Origin: Pseudovirgaria hyperparasitica
Lineage: Eukaryota
NCBI GenBank assembly: GCA_010093815.1
Contig: ML996584.1
Length of the DNA: 64,000 bases
Direction: 5' to 3' (one strand)
Shown here: positions 1 through 12,821 of the stretch, piece after piece
Layout of the letters: each line of letters opens with the position of its first letter
How positions within the stretch are numbered: the stretch's first letter is position 1
Notes under the pieces: generated by a model
Databases searched by the model: none
What the model was told of the DNA's origin: nothing
Seen by the model: only the letters and a program-made list of their open reading frames with translations
Position numbers and translations under genes: made by a program

Positions 1-1376
1 CATGTCGCCATCACTCCTGCTCATCCGTGACGCTACTATGCTCCCCGAGGTGTACCACCGATACGCAAACAGATCGCCATTTTACCTGAAGAACATGCTT
101 GGAAAGGGGGAGTCGATCCTGACGACGCGCGATTGGCGCCAACACGCTCAACTACGCAGAGTCGCTGGCGGGGCCTATGCCTTCTCAAACATCAAAAAGA
201 TGGAGCCCATCTTCGACGCCAACATCTCACGCTGGACGAAGAAAATGCACACTGACTTTGCCGTCACCGGGCGCGAATTTGACTTCGCCCCCTGGGCAGC
301 ATACATGACCAACGATGTCCTCTCCGACGTCGGCTTCGGCGGCTCCTTCGGCTTCGTGTCCCAGGGCAAAGACATCGAGAACCTGATCACCGACTTCCGC
401 GCCGGCCTCACCCCCTTCGGAATCATGTCCAGCCTCTACCCGCTAACCAACTGGCTCCGCAGCACCCGGATCGGCGAACGCTTCCTAATCGCCTCCCCAA
501 ACGACAGCGGCGGCTGGGGCAGAGTGATGCACTTCCGCGACCAGCTCATCGCCGCCCGCAGACGCGACATGGCAGCCTCCAAACCCCGCGCCCAAACCGA
601 CCTCCTCCAAATCTTCCTCGACGCCCGCGACGACGCCGGCAACCCGCTCGCCGAGGAGCAAATCAAGGCAGACCTCCTGCTCATCCTCCTCGCCGGCGCC
701 GACACCACCGGCACAGCAATCTGCTCCATCCTCGACTTCCTCACCTCCTCCCCCGCCATCTACGCCAAACTCGTCGCCGAAATCGCACAGGCGGAGCAGC
801 TCCACGCCGGCTTCGCAGCTGAAGTCCCCTCCTTCGACGAAGTCACCACCAAATGCCCCTATTTCGTCGCCTGCGTGAAGGAGAGTCTGCGGCTGCGGCC
901 CTCGGCGCCATCGATCTTCCCGCGCGTCACACGCGAGGGCGGGCTCATGGTCGGCGACATACATATCCCCGCGGGCACGGAAGTGAGTTGCCAAGCATGG
1001 ATCTCGAACCGGGACCCGGAGGTGTACGGCGCGGACGCAGATACGTATAAGCCGGAGCGGTGGCTGGAGGGGGAGGAGAAGACGCGGGTGTACGAGAGGT
1101 ATCTGCAGACGTTTGGGTACAATACCAGGAGTTGTCTGGGCAAGGATATCGCGCTGATGGAGCTGTATAAGGGGCTTTTGCAGGTACGTCAGTCGGGTGG
1201 CAGAGCGGGTGTGTTGCTGTCATGTGTGGATACTAATGGTGTCCTAGTTCTTCCGGATGTTTGACGTTGAGAAGATCAGGTCTCATGGCCCGCCGGAGTT
1301 TCGGAATATGGGGGGTGTTATGGTGTGGAGCAATATATGGCTCAAGATTTCCCCGCGACACACTGTGCAGCTTTAG
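1..1376 (+). CDS. Cytochrome P450 monooxygenase (5' end outside window)
   Basis: I-helix AGADTT, ExxR (ESLR), PERW and heme motif FGYNTRSCLG. Intron 1184..1247 (GTACGT..TACTAAT..CTAG) joins to a last exon FFRMFDVE..TVQL* ending at TAG 1374-1376. Confidence 0.93.
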
Positions 1377-2063
1377 ATGAGTTATATTGAGTGGGCCAAT
1401 TTACGAGACTTCGATGGGCATGAGCATAAAGCAATGCAGGTACGGATTCGTAAGGTAGTGTGTGTGTGCACAGATTTGGAGTCTGCCCGAGTGCCGTTCC
1501 GGCGCGAAGTATATGAGAATACATATATCCGAGGCCCCACTAACCCCGGGAGTGATACAACACTTCTTACTCATCCTTCCAGGCTTCATATCCAAAGAAC
1601 ATGCAGGTGTCTAGATAACCATAGAAATCTTTTAAGGTCTACCTACTCTCGTCTGCTTGATAGCAGTTGTAAATTATGTATCAGCACTAACCCTCGGCCG
1701 TGACCTCCCAATCCTGTTCAACCCAGCCTTAGTAGCCAAATATATTCAAAATTCTGCCACCATCAAGCACATTCGGCCATACCAACCAGAAAGCAAGCGG
1801 TCCCGTTCGCTCCCGCATATTTAAGCTGGTTAGGGGTGGATTAGTAGTTAGGTGGGTGACCACTAGCGAATCCCCACTGCTGAATGTTTTGTATTTTTCA
1901 TCTCATGAGGAAGTCTGGCCGGGATGGACCTTTTTTTTTTCTGTCGAATTGTGCGACGTCGAATACAAAACAAGAACGAGGAATGATGCTCAAGTATGCC
2001 ACGTATCAAAAGTTTTTTTTTTTTAGGTTTCTTTCGTAAATGCTCGTCTACATACATAAATCG

Positions 2064-3743
2064 TTACCTGCTCTCCTGGTACCAAGCCTCAATTAGCTTC
2101 GCCCGCTCGGGACTACGAACCTCGATGTCAAGCTCGAAAGGAAGCGGTCCGCCAATCAGATTAGGCGTGAACTTGTAGTCGTGAGGCCACTGTGGCTCGC
2201 CTTTGGCATTCGTTGTCGGCTTCAGCTCGAAAGAGCCGACAATCGAGCCACACGCGACGAGTAACTCCGCTTCGGTGAGCTCGATGCCCATACAGACGCG
2301 ACGGCCCATGCCTTTGACAAATTAGTTCTACTGCAAAAGAGAAGTATATCACTAAGTTTTGAAGCACTTACCGAAACCATGATAGCCCTTGAACCGCGGA
2401 TACTCGGTGAGCGGCTCTCGATACGTCGGGAAATCGCTCTGCAGCCAGCGCTCGGGACGGTATGAGTCGGGGTCAGGATAGATGTTTGCGTCGCGCGCCA
2501 TGGCCAGGTCGACTGCGTGGACGACGGCGCCTTTGGGAATGTAATACCCGTTCCACTCGTCGTCTTCCTCGACGAGGCGAGGGACGCCTAGTGCGACTGG
2601 GGGCCGCCAGCGGAAACACTCCTTGATGGCTGCGCGCAGGACAGGAAGGTTGGGTGAGTCTTTCATGGCTACTGGGCGGTCGCCGATTACGGCGTCGTAT
2701 TCCTCGCGTACTCTTGTTTGCCATTCGGGGTGGAGGACCATGGCTAGGAAGAAGCAGTATAGTGGGCCTCCGATGGTGAAGATGGCGACTGTGACGAGCA
2801 TGCCGACGGCATATATGGCCTCTTCTTCGTCTTCGAAGTCGAAGGGATGGGCATTTGATGCTCCTTTCTGCTCAATGTAGTTGCGAGCATAACTCATTGG
2901 TAACGTCCCATTCGACATATCGGAACGGGCTTGGGCCATGAGATGTTTGAAGAGTTCTGCTTCTTTCTCCCTGCGCTCTCTCACCCGCCTGATGGACGGA
3001 TTAAGCCATTCGGGAAGGTGACCGAGAAATGGAAGCAGATTCGTGATCGGACCAGAAGGGGAGATCTGCCCAATGAATGTGATGGCATTCTCACTGAGCG
3101 CAGCAGACGGCTCGGGTCTGCCGTAGCCAAGTCTAGCACTGATACGGCCACAGAAGTCGTGCAAATGCGTGAAATGATCCTTGGGACTCGTCAATAGCCG
3201 TCGGAGGAATAGCCTGATTTCTAAGTCGATATAGCCTTGATACTGCTGTTGCAGACTGGCCATAAGTGATGTGTTCGCGAAATGACGTTGCCTTCGCCAG
3301 TGATCTAGTCTTCTTCGTTAGGAGACTCCCTCGGGCAACTGTTGTTGATACGCACCATCAGCAGCCAAAAGAGGAAGATATAGTCCTTGTGAGTCACTCC
3401 CTGGTATTGCCGGTACCATGGGCCGTGAAGAGTATTTCTTTGCCCTCCGGCATAGCAGTTCGAATGCAATGTCCTGGTCGCCAATCCATATGTGCATCTC
3501 ACCACATATCGTAAGCCTGAAGATACCATTATACTGGTCGCAAAATCTCCTCATGGAAATCTCCGGACAAGTCGGGTCGACATCGTGGACTCTGCCAATG
3601 TAAGGGATTGTGCTCGTCGGGCCAGGTATCAATTTGAGGCCCGGTGGGGGCGCATCGTGGAAGTAGAAGTATCTGACCAAGGCAAAGACGGCGTAAAGGG
3701 CAAAAGGAAATATTGCAATGATCCAGCTTGACGTCGGAGCCAT
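2064..3743 (-). CDS. Cytochrome P450 (N-terminal membrane anchor, PPPG/PGP hinge)
   Basis: Three exons, introns 3305..3355 and 2312..2371. Spliced heme motif FGMGRRVCMG, KECFRWRPP and PERW. ATG at 3743 (MAPTSSWII..). Confidence 0.92.
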
Positions 3744-4778
3744 CAGACCAAGGACCCTGAAGGACAAGAGGCATGATGCGAAAATAAAAATGCCGGCAAG
3801 ACCGTTTAGCCGCGCTTTGCCTACATTATGTGTAACCATATCGACAATTCGGAGCTGATCAGAACATGGAAAAAGAAAACCGTCAAAGAGAATTTCGAAA
3901 CCGGATGTGCTCGGTGACAGGACTGAGATGCTCCAGTAGGCGAACAGGTCCACGTATAATCGTAGTGATTGCTCGAATCCTAAATATGGTTCAACATCGG
4001 AGCTCCACTACTTGATTTGTGTTGTGGATGTCAAGCGAGTCTTAACTATTGAATGATGCGCTGGCCCCCATCTAAAAGACCTTCCAGGTGTCAGAATTGT
4101 CTAGGTCGCTCGCTTACTATGAGGCGCAGGCAGTTGCTACTACGATATACGCGACAATACATCAGAGCATTGGCATCATATGCACAAAATGAATCGCGCA
4201 AGTGGATGCCTTACCCGCGCGAACGTCATGCCTATCCGTGGTTGGCATATTCAGGAGATCCAGTCGGAGAATTCTCAGGCATCGTGTCACAAGAGGTTGC
4301 TCTGCAAACTATCGGCGTATTTGGAATTCTGGACCATAACCAGGCACGCAGCGCCGCGGGCGTCATTAAAGTTGTGACATTAGGCGCCCATGAGAATGAT
4401 CGATATCAAGATGGAGATGAATGAGCATAAGCTGGTGTCAGAAATTGCGACATGCGACGTCGTAGTCCAGCCAACGAATGGGAGTGCAGATCCGGATTGA
4501 CATCAGGCCCGGGCCTGAAATCCTTACCGGGACCAGGAACATAGCATAGACAGAGAAATCCGCCGCGCACGGAAGCTCGACAAGTTTCGCAGATACGACC
4601 ATCCATGGCGTGCAATCGTACCTTTTCCGTCGTAAAATTGTGCCATCACCTGGTCCTTGTCGTGATGAGATATGCAATATAGCCATCCTGTGGAAAGGGC
4701 TTTTGGTCCACCAATAAGCATTGCGTAGCATGGCTATTTCTTTGTGCCGAAGCGAAGAAAAAAGTAAAGATCGATACT

Positions 4779-5895
4779 CTACGCCAGACTCCATTCGACT
4801 GCCACAAGCCAATCTTCATTATCAATACGCACCTCCCAGAAGGGTGGAGAAATTACGATTGCTGTATCGCTCCTCAGGTCTACATCGTGACGATTCGAAG
4901 TCTTTACTGCAAATAGGATCTTCCGACGACTTCGATTTCCATGCAGGTCCCGTAGGTCGCCTTGCGCTAGAAACCACGACCCGGCGGCCAATCCTATATC
5001 TTTAGAGCCGTCTTCAGGCACAAAGTTTGAAGCATGGAAGATAGCTTTCGGATGGCATATGGGCTGGCCTGGGACATGCGTACGGTTATCCACCAGTGAC
5101 TCTGATGCAAAGGAGGCTACATCCACAACCCAACTACGTAACGTGTCCGCCATACCACCGGGGATAAATTTCTGGCCTTTACGATGGGGTGAAAATGCAT
5201 CAGGTAGCGGATGAGATGGTACAGTAGCATCTGCGGATGTAGCTACTGGTAAAAGGAAGGCCGGCCGAGGTCTGTCGCGGGTTGGAGTCGCAGCTGCAAG
5301 AGCATCATCCAAAGACGTGTCTTGATCTGAGAACAAGGGCGGCTTTACATGTAGGAAGCGCTTGGATCGATAAGACATTGGACCATTTGGTGAAATGGGA
5401 CCGTTTGCATTTCCGGAATCTGAAAGTCGCCGCCGCTTCAGCTGTTTAGGAGAATCTTGTCCTTTCGGAGACTCATCGATGTCAAGGCATCCTGAAGGCT
5501 CGCCATAATGGCTTTGTTCAATGGTAGCACTGGTTAGAATGCCCTCGTCCCCAAAGCGGTCAGAGTCATCATCTTCGAGATGCTCAGGCGACCGCTGTGA
5601 AGAGTCTTCTATCGTCTCTCTCCGGTCTAATACTTGCTTCAGGGAACTACCGCGAGGCAGATCACCTGTCCTCGGTGCAGTGGACAATGGCAGGCTCTGA
5701 CTAGTACCCCTCGTATTGAGACTGAATCTAGGACTGCGCGCAAATTGACCGGCTGGTAAAAATCTATCTTCCTGTTGACGGCCATCGCGTCCGGGGGCAA
5801 AACGACGAGGTGAAGGAGTCTGTCAAAATATCAGCTTCACGTTTGGCGTTCCATCGCGCAGGCCTAACTATAGGGTGCTGCTGCTGCTCCGGCAT
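4779..5895 (-). CDS. Conserved hypothetical protein (disordered N-terminus, beta-rich C-terminal domain)
   Basis: 302-aa ORF extends upstream in frame to an acceptor at ~5820. A putative 27-nt first exon MPEQQQHPI with a GTTAGG donor keeps the frame. Start is tentative. Confidence 0.7.
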
Positions 5896-6204
5896 CACGT
5901 GTGGACCAATCCTGACATTAGATTATTTAAGAATTCGAATTGATAAATTCTGATGCTATGATGGAGCGGGTAAGATTTGAAGGCAGGGTAGGTCGAAGTA
6001 ATGACCCGCGCGGGCGTATAGGAGATACTAGTAGCCGCGAATATTCAATCACGCTAAACCAGACCAAAGTGAAGTTATGTTAAACATTATAGAATTACTA
6101 TTCGACAGCTTCGTGGTATCAATTTTTTGTCAACATACGCCATTCCTCGAGATGCCCTTGTCGAAACATATACCTCATACTACAGCGACCATGTCAACGA
6201 CATC

Positions 6205-7096
6205 CTATAGCAAAGCAAGACCAATAGCTCCCACAGCAATTGCTGCGACACCCTCAATGGCACCCTTTGTATTGGCCGCGTTGGTGGACGAGGGAGCAGG
6301 TTCGTTGCCAGTGGTTCGGGCACCGCCAGCACCTCCGGTCTGTCTGGAAGAGGTAGGACGTCCAGTGTTCAAGCTGACGCCGGACTGGCCGCTAACGACG
6401 CGCGAAGTGGCTTGGGGATTATCAGCCGGCGAGGTGTTCACTCCCTGATAAACAATGAGTATGAGACAAGCAACAGATCAACCAGGCTACTTACGGCGCT
6501 ACCACAGCAGTCGGAACCCCCTGTGCATGAAGTACCGTCGTTGCAGCAGACTTCACCATCGGCGGGAGCGTAGCACAGGATTTGGAAGCTCGTGTCGGCG
6601 CCAGGGCAGTAGGCGTAGGATGGGTCACCCTTTTGGCAGCATTCCTCGTTGGTATCGCTCTCGTCGCAGGTCCAGTCGGAGGATTGCGACGGAGGCGAAG
6701 ATACGGTGCTGGATGGAGACGACTCCGAAGTAGGGGTAGGTGACGAGACGTCGGTCTCTGGTGAGCCGAGACCACCGTCGCAACAGCTTGCGTCTCCCAC
6801 GCAGAAGGCTGAAAGCTTGTTAGATGGTCCTGGAATGGTGATACAAGTGAATACTTACTTCCGTCAGAGCAACATTGCTCGCCAGCATCGGGGTTGTAGC
6901 AGTAGTACGTCTGGCATGGGATGTTGCCCTCGCCGAAGCAATCAGCGCAAGTAGTGCCGTTATCACAGAAATCGGTCTGTCTGGAGAACAGCGCAGCAGC
7001 CCGACGGACCTCTGGGTGGATGAGAGTCTTCTTCTTGTTGGCCGCTACAAGACCTGCGGAAAGGAGAGCAAACTCGAGAACGTATGCGACCTTCAT
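6205..7096 (-). CDS. Secreted Cys-rich, Ser/Thr-rich, probably GPI-anchored surface protein
   Basis: Signal peptide MKVAYVLEFALLSAGLVAA. Introns 6809..6858 and 6445..6494 join three ORF-track pieces in frame. Two Cys modules. Hydrophobic C-terminus NAA..GVAAIAVGAIGLALL. Confidence 0.85.
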
Positions 7097-9349
7097 GATG
7101 AATGATGTAAAACCACGCGACGTGGATTATAGAGTCAATAATATACTTGAAAGAAAATAAAGCTTAGCCGTCTTGTTACAAGGAATGGAGAGAGGAATTA
7201 ACAGAAAAGCTCCCCGCAGCCACACGGCGCATCTCGACTTTTTATTCTTACAGCCCCGTCGGCATACATCCTTTCAATTTCATAGCGCATCAGAACTTGT
7301 ACAGAAAAGGATCGCTTCTTTTGCACCGAACCATGCCAGCTGAAAACGCGGCTTGAGCCATTGACGAATCGTGGCCATCGACAGCGGATATGCATGGTCC
7401 TGGGAATAATGCTAGCATTGTGGCTTCACAAACACGAGAAAAAGTCTTGGCTGTTGGGCTGAGGCGCTGCTCACCATTCCTAGAAAAGTAGATTTTGGAG
7501 ATGCGGCTTGGGAACACACAGGTCGATTGGAAGGCGAGATGGCACGAAGCCATATCGGGTTAGCGAGGGAGACTGTTTGTTGTTATACAGACCTGCACTT
7601 CCAGACCCCACAGATGATGGCTAGCCCCTGAACCACACTCTGACGGTGAAGAGGGTTGTTCTTCCACTAATCAGCCTTGCCAAGATCTGCATCGAAGTCC
7701 GGTAGTATCAATCAGGCAAAGCAGCAATCTCGAATACGAGAGACTTGAGCACAGCACATGACACTGGACATACCTTGCAGCAAACACCTCTAGGTATACC
7801 GACTCGAATCACACACCTGAGCTATACTAATTTCAATAACCAAACCGTTGATCACGAGTCATCAGACAAACATTACACCAGACACAAACTCTTTTAACTT
7901 TGCGGAAAGAAAAGAAGAGAAGCAGAAAAAAGAATGAAGCTAAAAGTTCCCACCTCCGTCAAGCCACCTCCTCGTGAAAATAAGATTGATAGACAGCTTG
8001 GCAAAAGCTGGAACCAGCCCGATCCTGCACCGGTAAGTGACCCCAAGCGAGCCGGGCAGTCAAAAGTATACAAAACCTGCGCTACTACCACACAAGTGCC
8101 ACCACAGGCGGAGCCCACGTTACACCTGAGCCCTCCAAGGCAGACTCGTGTTGGCAAACCACAAATGTTACAGGAGGGGCTGAAAGGCTGAGAAGCAATC
8201 GTGCTCGGTCCAAAAACACCATCTATCGTTGACTCCTTGGGCCAGCGAATGCGTTGCAATATTACTCTGCTAGCATTTCCGGTCTTATCCACACGTGGCG
8301 CGCCACACCAGGCAGCAGTCTATATATACGAGAAAGGGAGGCTTGCAGCATTGGCGGCCTCGCCGGCCTGACGGTTGTTCAGTCGACGAAACGGAATCTA
8401 TCTGCATAAATTAGCCGGAGACCTTTGATTTCGCTTCGACAGTTCAGGATACGGCCTGGAACAGCTGTTCCCTCGTGATATTGGTCACAGGTGCAGGCAG
8501 GCATAGGAGGAGAGGGGGCGGAAATGCTTCCGAGGCCCGCGATCGGTCCAAGAATAGCATCTTGGCAGTACATACTGTACATACAGTAATTAGCCCTTCA
8601 CACAACTCCACGCACAACTTCATAACGAAGAATCCGTAGAGAGAAACGTCCAGGTAGATAGTAAAGAAGAAGACCCATCCCACAGCCATCTCGCCTGCTG
8701 GCTTGGTGGAAAACGTCCATGCAGTGTACAAGCGGTCGGGTATACGGGAACATTCTCCTTGCTTTCATGATCGTGGTGCAGAACGTTTGTTCAGATCCGG
8801 GACATCGAGCGGAAGAATGAATGGCTTCGAGGTGCTTTACCTTCGCAACACACTCCATGCGAGAGAGTCGGAGAATTGCTACTGCAGCGTCCCCGGATAT
8901 GCAGGGTTCTCGGTAGACTATTAATTAGCCATTAGATATGCTGAACTTGATCTGATGAACGTGGTATAATTAGTGTCATTTGGTGTATCCATGCATACAC
9001 AATAGCAAGGTCAGCGTCGAGCCCGGGTAGTTAGACCGGTATCTAATAAGAAATACCAGAGCTTACCCAGACGGCCAATCTTCTCAACTCTACATCAAGC
9101 ACCAGCATTCCACGTTCACATTTCGCAGAAAGCAAGCAAGCACTTTGAAATCCAGTAATGCAAAAACCAGTCACTTTTTTCTCATTTATCAAAATTGAAC
9201 ATCGGGAAATCTACAAACGGTCTATAGTCTCGAAACGCGCGAATCTGTCCCGGTCTATACCAAAATCGAAGCATCCAGAAAGCGCCAGCCCATGCAACAG
9301 CGAACGGTGTATCCGTGGTATCACACTATGTACGAAAGCAGGAATTCAT

Positions 9350-12300
9350 CTACTCATCATCCGCCTCATCGTCTGTATTAGGCGGCTGCGGCGTGCCCTT
9401 GGGACTGTTGAGCCACTCGATGTATCTCAGTCTTCTCCGCACCTCACGCTCCTTGATCTGCTTCTTGGTAAGCTTCTTCTTCTTGCGCGCGCGGAACTTG
9501 AGATCGCCACTCTCGACATCGCTGTTTGCCGCAGACTGTGCTGCGCTGTTGGTGACGCTGGACACGTTGCTGGACGCAACGCTGCTGCCGGGGCGGGAGT
9601 CCTCGAAGCGGTCGAGCGAGACGGCGAGATGGCCCTTGTGCGTGACGCGGCCATCGGCGACGTGCCACTGCTCAGGGCAAAGCGCGCCAACAAATTCTTC
9701 GTTGTGGCTGATCATCACGACGCCGCCCTTGAACTCGCGGATGGCAACGGCAAGACCACCTAGACTGTCACGATCCAAGAAATTGGTTGGTTCATCGAGG
9801 ACGAGCAAGTGCGGATTGTTCCACATAGCGCCTGCGAGCACGACCTTGACTTTCTGGCCACCGCTAAGGCCGGAGATTTCGTTGTGGTTAGCGATTTCGG
9901 GATCCAGGCCAACGTCATCGAAGTGTTTGCTGATGACCTTGGGCTCAAGTTCGCGGAATCCCAGACCCTCGCGTGAAGCTTCGTGATCGTCGAACTCTTG
10001 CACGAGCTTCTGGAATCCAAATCCAAGAAGAGTCTCGCGTGAGATTTGGCTATTGAACTTGGGGAGCATATTGAGCCATTTGCTGTAGGAGCGTCAGTGA
10101 ATTTCACTCAAAAGAAAGATACGTTGGACTTACACTTCATACTGGAAGCTCTTCTTCCATTTCTGTCGTCCGACAAGGGCCTCCATCTTCCGTACTCCTT
10201 TACCATCTCCCAAATCGATAGGCTTGTCCATCTGGGCTTTGTCCTCGGCGGTCAAAACACGCGTCTGTTTCATTAGAACTTCACGATCATCGCCGTTCGC
10301 ATAACGCCACTGTAGGTATTGATTTGGGGTCTTCTCCATATGCATCTCAACGTGTTCAAGAGCGTGCTGCTTGATATAGCCAATACGCAAATTTGGATGC
10401 TTCTCGACTTTGCCTTCTTGAGGAATGGTCTCACCGGTAAGTAGCTTGATGAGAGTCGATTTGCCCGCACCGTTGGCACCGATAATGGCAACACGAGACG
10501 ATAGCGTCAATTGACAGGTAACGTCAAATAGGGATGGTTTGGGCGCGTTTGGATAAGTATAAGAACAGTTTGTCATCCGAAGGATAGCTCTGGTCTGAGA
10601 CTTGATACCGGTAAGGATGCCAGGGTCCGGAAATTTGAACTGGACCTGAGATGATGATAGGGTATAGTACGACTTCGCTTCGGGCTTGACTTTGACGAAG
10701 GCAGCCAGGTTTCCTTTGTAGCGTACTAGCCTCTTCGTTTCGTAGTGGTAGATGTCTGTGCAGACTTCGTCCAAGAATCCAGAGTCGTGCGATACGATCA
10801 AGCTTGTGATCTCCGTGTGGCTCTTGAGGTATTCTTGTAGCCATTTCACGTTGGCAACATCCAAGTGATTGGTAGGTTCGTCCAAAAGAAGAACATCAGC
10901 ACGCATCAGCATAGCGCGGGCTAAAGCCAACTTCATCTTCCAACCTCCAGATAAAGACCCGACTTTCTGCGACTGGCGACCTTCGGGACCAGCAGTAAAG
11001 CCAACTTCTTCCAACACAGACGAGATTCGTTCCTGGCTCTCGTCCTTGAATCTAGGATCGTTTGAGATGTATTGCAAGATCGTGATCTCAGCGTCTTCCC
11101 CTTGGTTGTGCTCCACAAAGCATGTTCTAACCTCATCCTGAGAAGGGAATCCTTCAAGCTTGCCTTCGGCGATACTGCGCATGAGGGTAGATTTACCTGC
11201 ACCATTCCGACCGCAGAGACCGTAGCGGTGGCCTTTCAGAAGTTGCAAATTAGTGCGCGACAAGAGCAGCATTCCTCCATAGCCAAGGGAGAAGGTTGCG
11301 TTGACAATCTCAACTTCTCCTTCTTCTAGTTGTACAGGAGCACCAAACCTGCGGTGGTCTTCCTCGACGTAAAACTTATGAACAGCAGTTGCGACTGCTC
11401 CTGATTTATCAGACGCCATGAGGGGCTGCAGATACGGCCCAACGACAGCTTTGATCCGTTCCATTTGTCTCTGATTGACAAGCTCTGCGACCATGGCGGC
11501 GATTACCACTTTCGCGACCTTGTAAGTCTCCATATCACCTGGGTAGTTTAGGAGGCCCCCAGCCAGCTTGACCTCCTTCTCTAATCGAGCAAGAACATCA
11601 TCAGCTGAAGCCCGTGAGATCGAGCCAGATTTAGTGTTTCCATCTTGATCGCTCATAGCTTTCTGAATCGTAGTAAATGCACGTTCTCCAATCTCGCGCA
11701 CTTCAGGCAGCGAAGCACTTTCCTTGACTTTCGTGACGCCAGGTAGGATCCTCGGTAGGAATCGACGGGCCTCGATAGGGTCGTGTACAAGTTTTGTTAA
11801 GTTGTCTACAACTACGGTCGTCCGACGGAGAACTTCTTGAGACGTATTTGGGTTGTTCAAGGACCGTTCGAGTAGAGGTGTAAGCATTGCAAGGACCGGA
11901 GAGGTGACAATGGCCACGAAAGTTGTTTGAGAAAGATCATGAATGGCCTTCTCCAGGCTCTGGGTCGAAGGATCCTCCATAGCCTTGATGAGGACAGGAA
12001 CTCGCGGTGCGACATCGTCGTTCTGCAACAACGTCGTGAGTGAGTTCATCGTCTTGCGAGCCTGTTTCATGACCTACGAGCACACTGTTAGCCATAATCT
12101 CGGTTAGGAACCTATACCTTTCACTCACCTCAGACTTCAAATCGTGCATGCCGCCTTCAACAGCTGGAATCAAGCCTTCCAACTTGCTTCCTAAGGCCTC
12201 TCTGAGGATGTCTTTCTGTAGCTCTTCCTCTGCGCTGCCCATTCCCATCTTGGCTTTGTCTGCCATACGACCTATGAGCTCGAGTGCACCAACAGTGCCC

Positions 12301-12821
12301 TGCCACTTGCCAGACTTCTTCTCCAAATGCTTAAGCAAAAGCGGAAGAAGTCCGTATACCATCATCTCCGGTGCCAGATTGTTGAATAGTGCATCCAGTG
12401 CGTACTGAGCCGACTCCTTGATCGTTTTTACCTTGTCTGCCAGGGCGTCCAAGGTGAGTGTGATTAAACCCTCCTCTTGTAGTAGTAGAACGATCTCACT
12501 CAGTGGCTGTTGAGGGGGAAATCTTTCAAATATGGCACCGATCACAAACATGGCCCCCTCCCTTCGTTCCGGGCTTTTCTTATCGATCGCAGCCTTTTTG
12601 GCTGTTTCCAACACACCATATCCTTTGAGCCCTCGAAATCCAACCGAGCTCAGGAGGGCGGTAGTGACTCCGTAAGCAGCATCTAGGCTAGCCTGAGAGG
12701 TTTTGGAGGCAAAAGCTGCGTTGAGTAAGGCCGATACATCTTCTGTAGAAGGTGGGTTTGTGCCGTCAGCGGTCTTCACAGCAATCGCGGACGCCATAGG
12801 AGGCGATTCTTGGTGTGGCAT
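9350..12821 (-). CDS. NEW1: eEF3-family ABC-F ATPase, Elf1/New1 type
   Basis: HEAT-like N-terminus and two ABC cassettes (GRNGAGKST/LSGGW/LLDEPTNHLD; GANGAGKST/LSGGQ/LDEPTNFLD). Chromodomain-like insert KSFQYEVKW spans intron 10083..10133. Second intron 12074..12128. Basic C-tail EREVRRRLRYIEWLNSPKG is like Elf1/New1 rather than EF3. Confidence 0.85.

Noticed and set aside
7934..8191. 85-aa ORF with an internal GTAAGT
   Set aside because: No recognisable motif and no canonical branch point. Unsupported.
9158..9986. 201-aa and 223-aa + strand ORFs
   Set aside because: Antisense to the GC-rich last exon of the Elf1/New1 gene.
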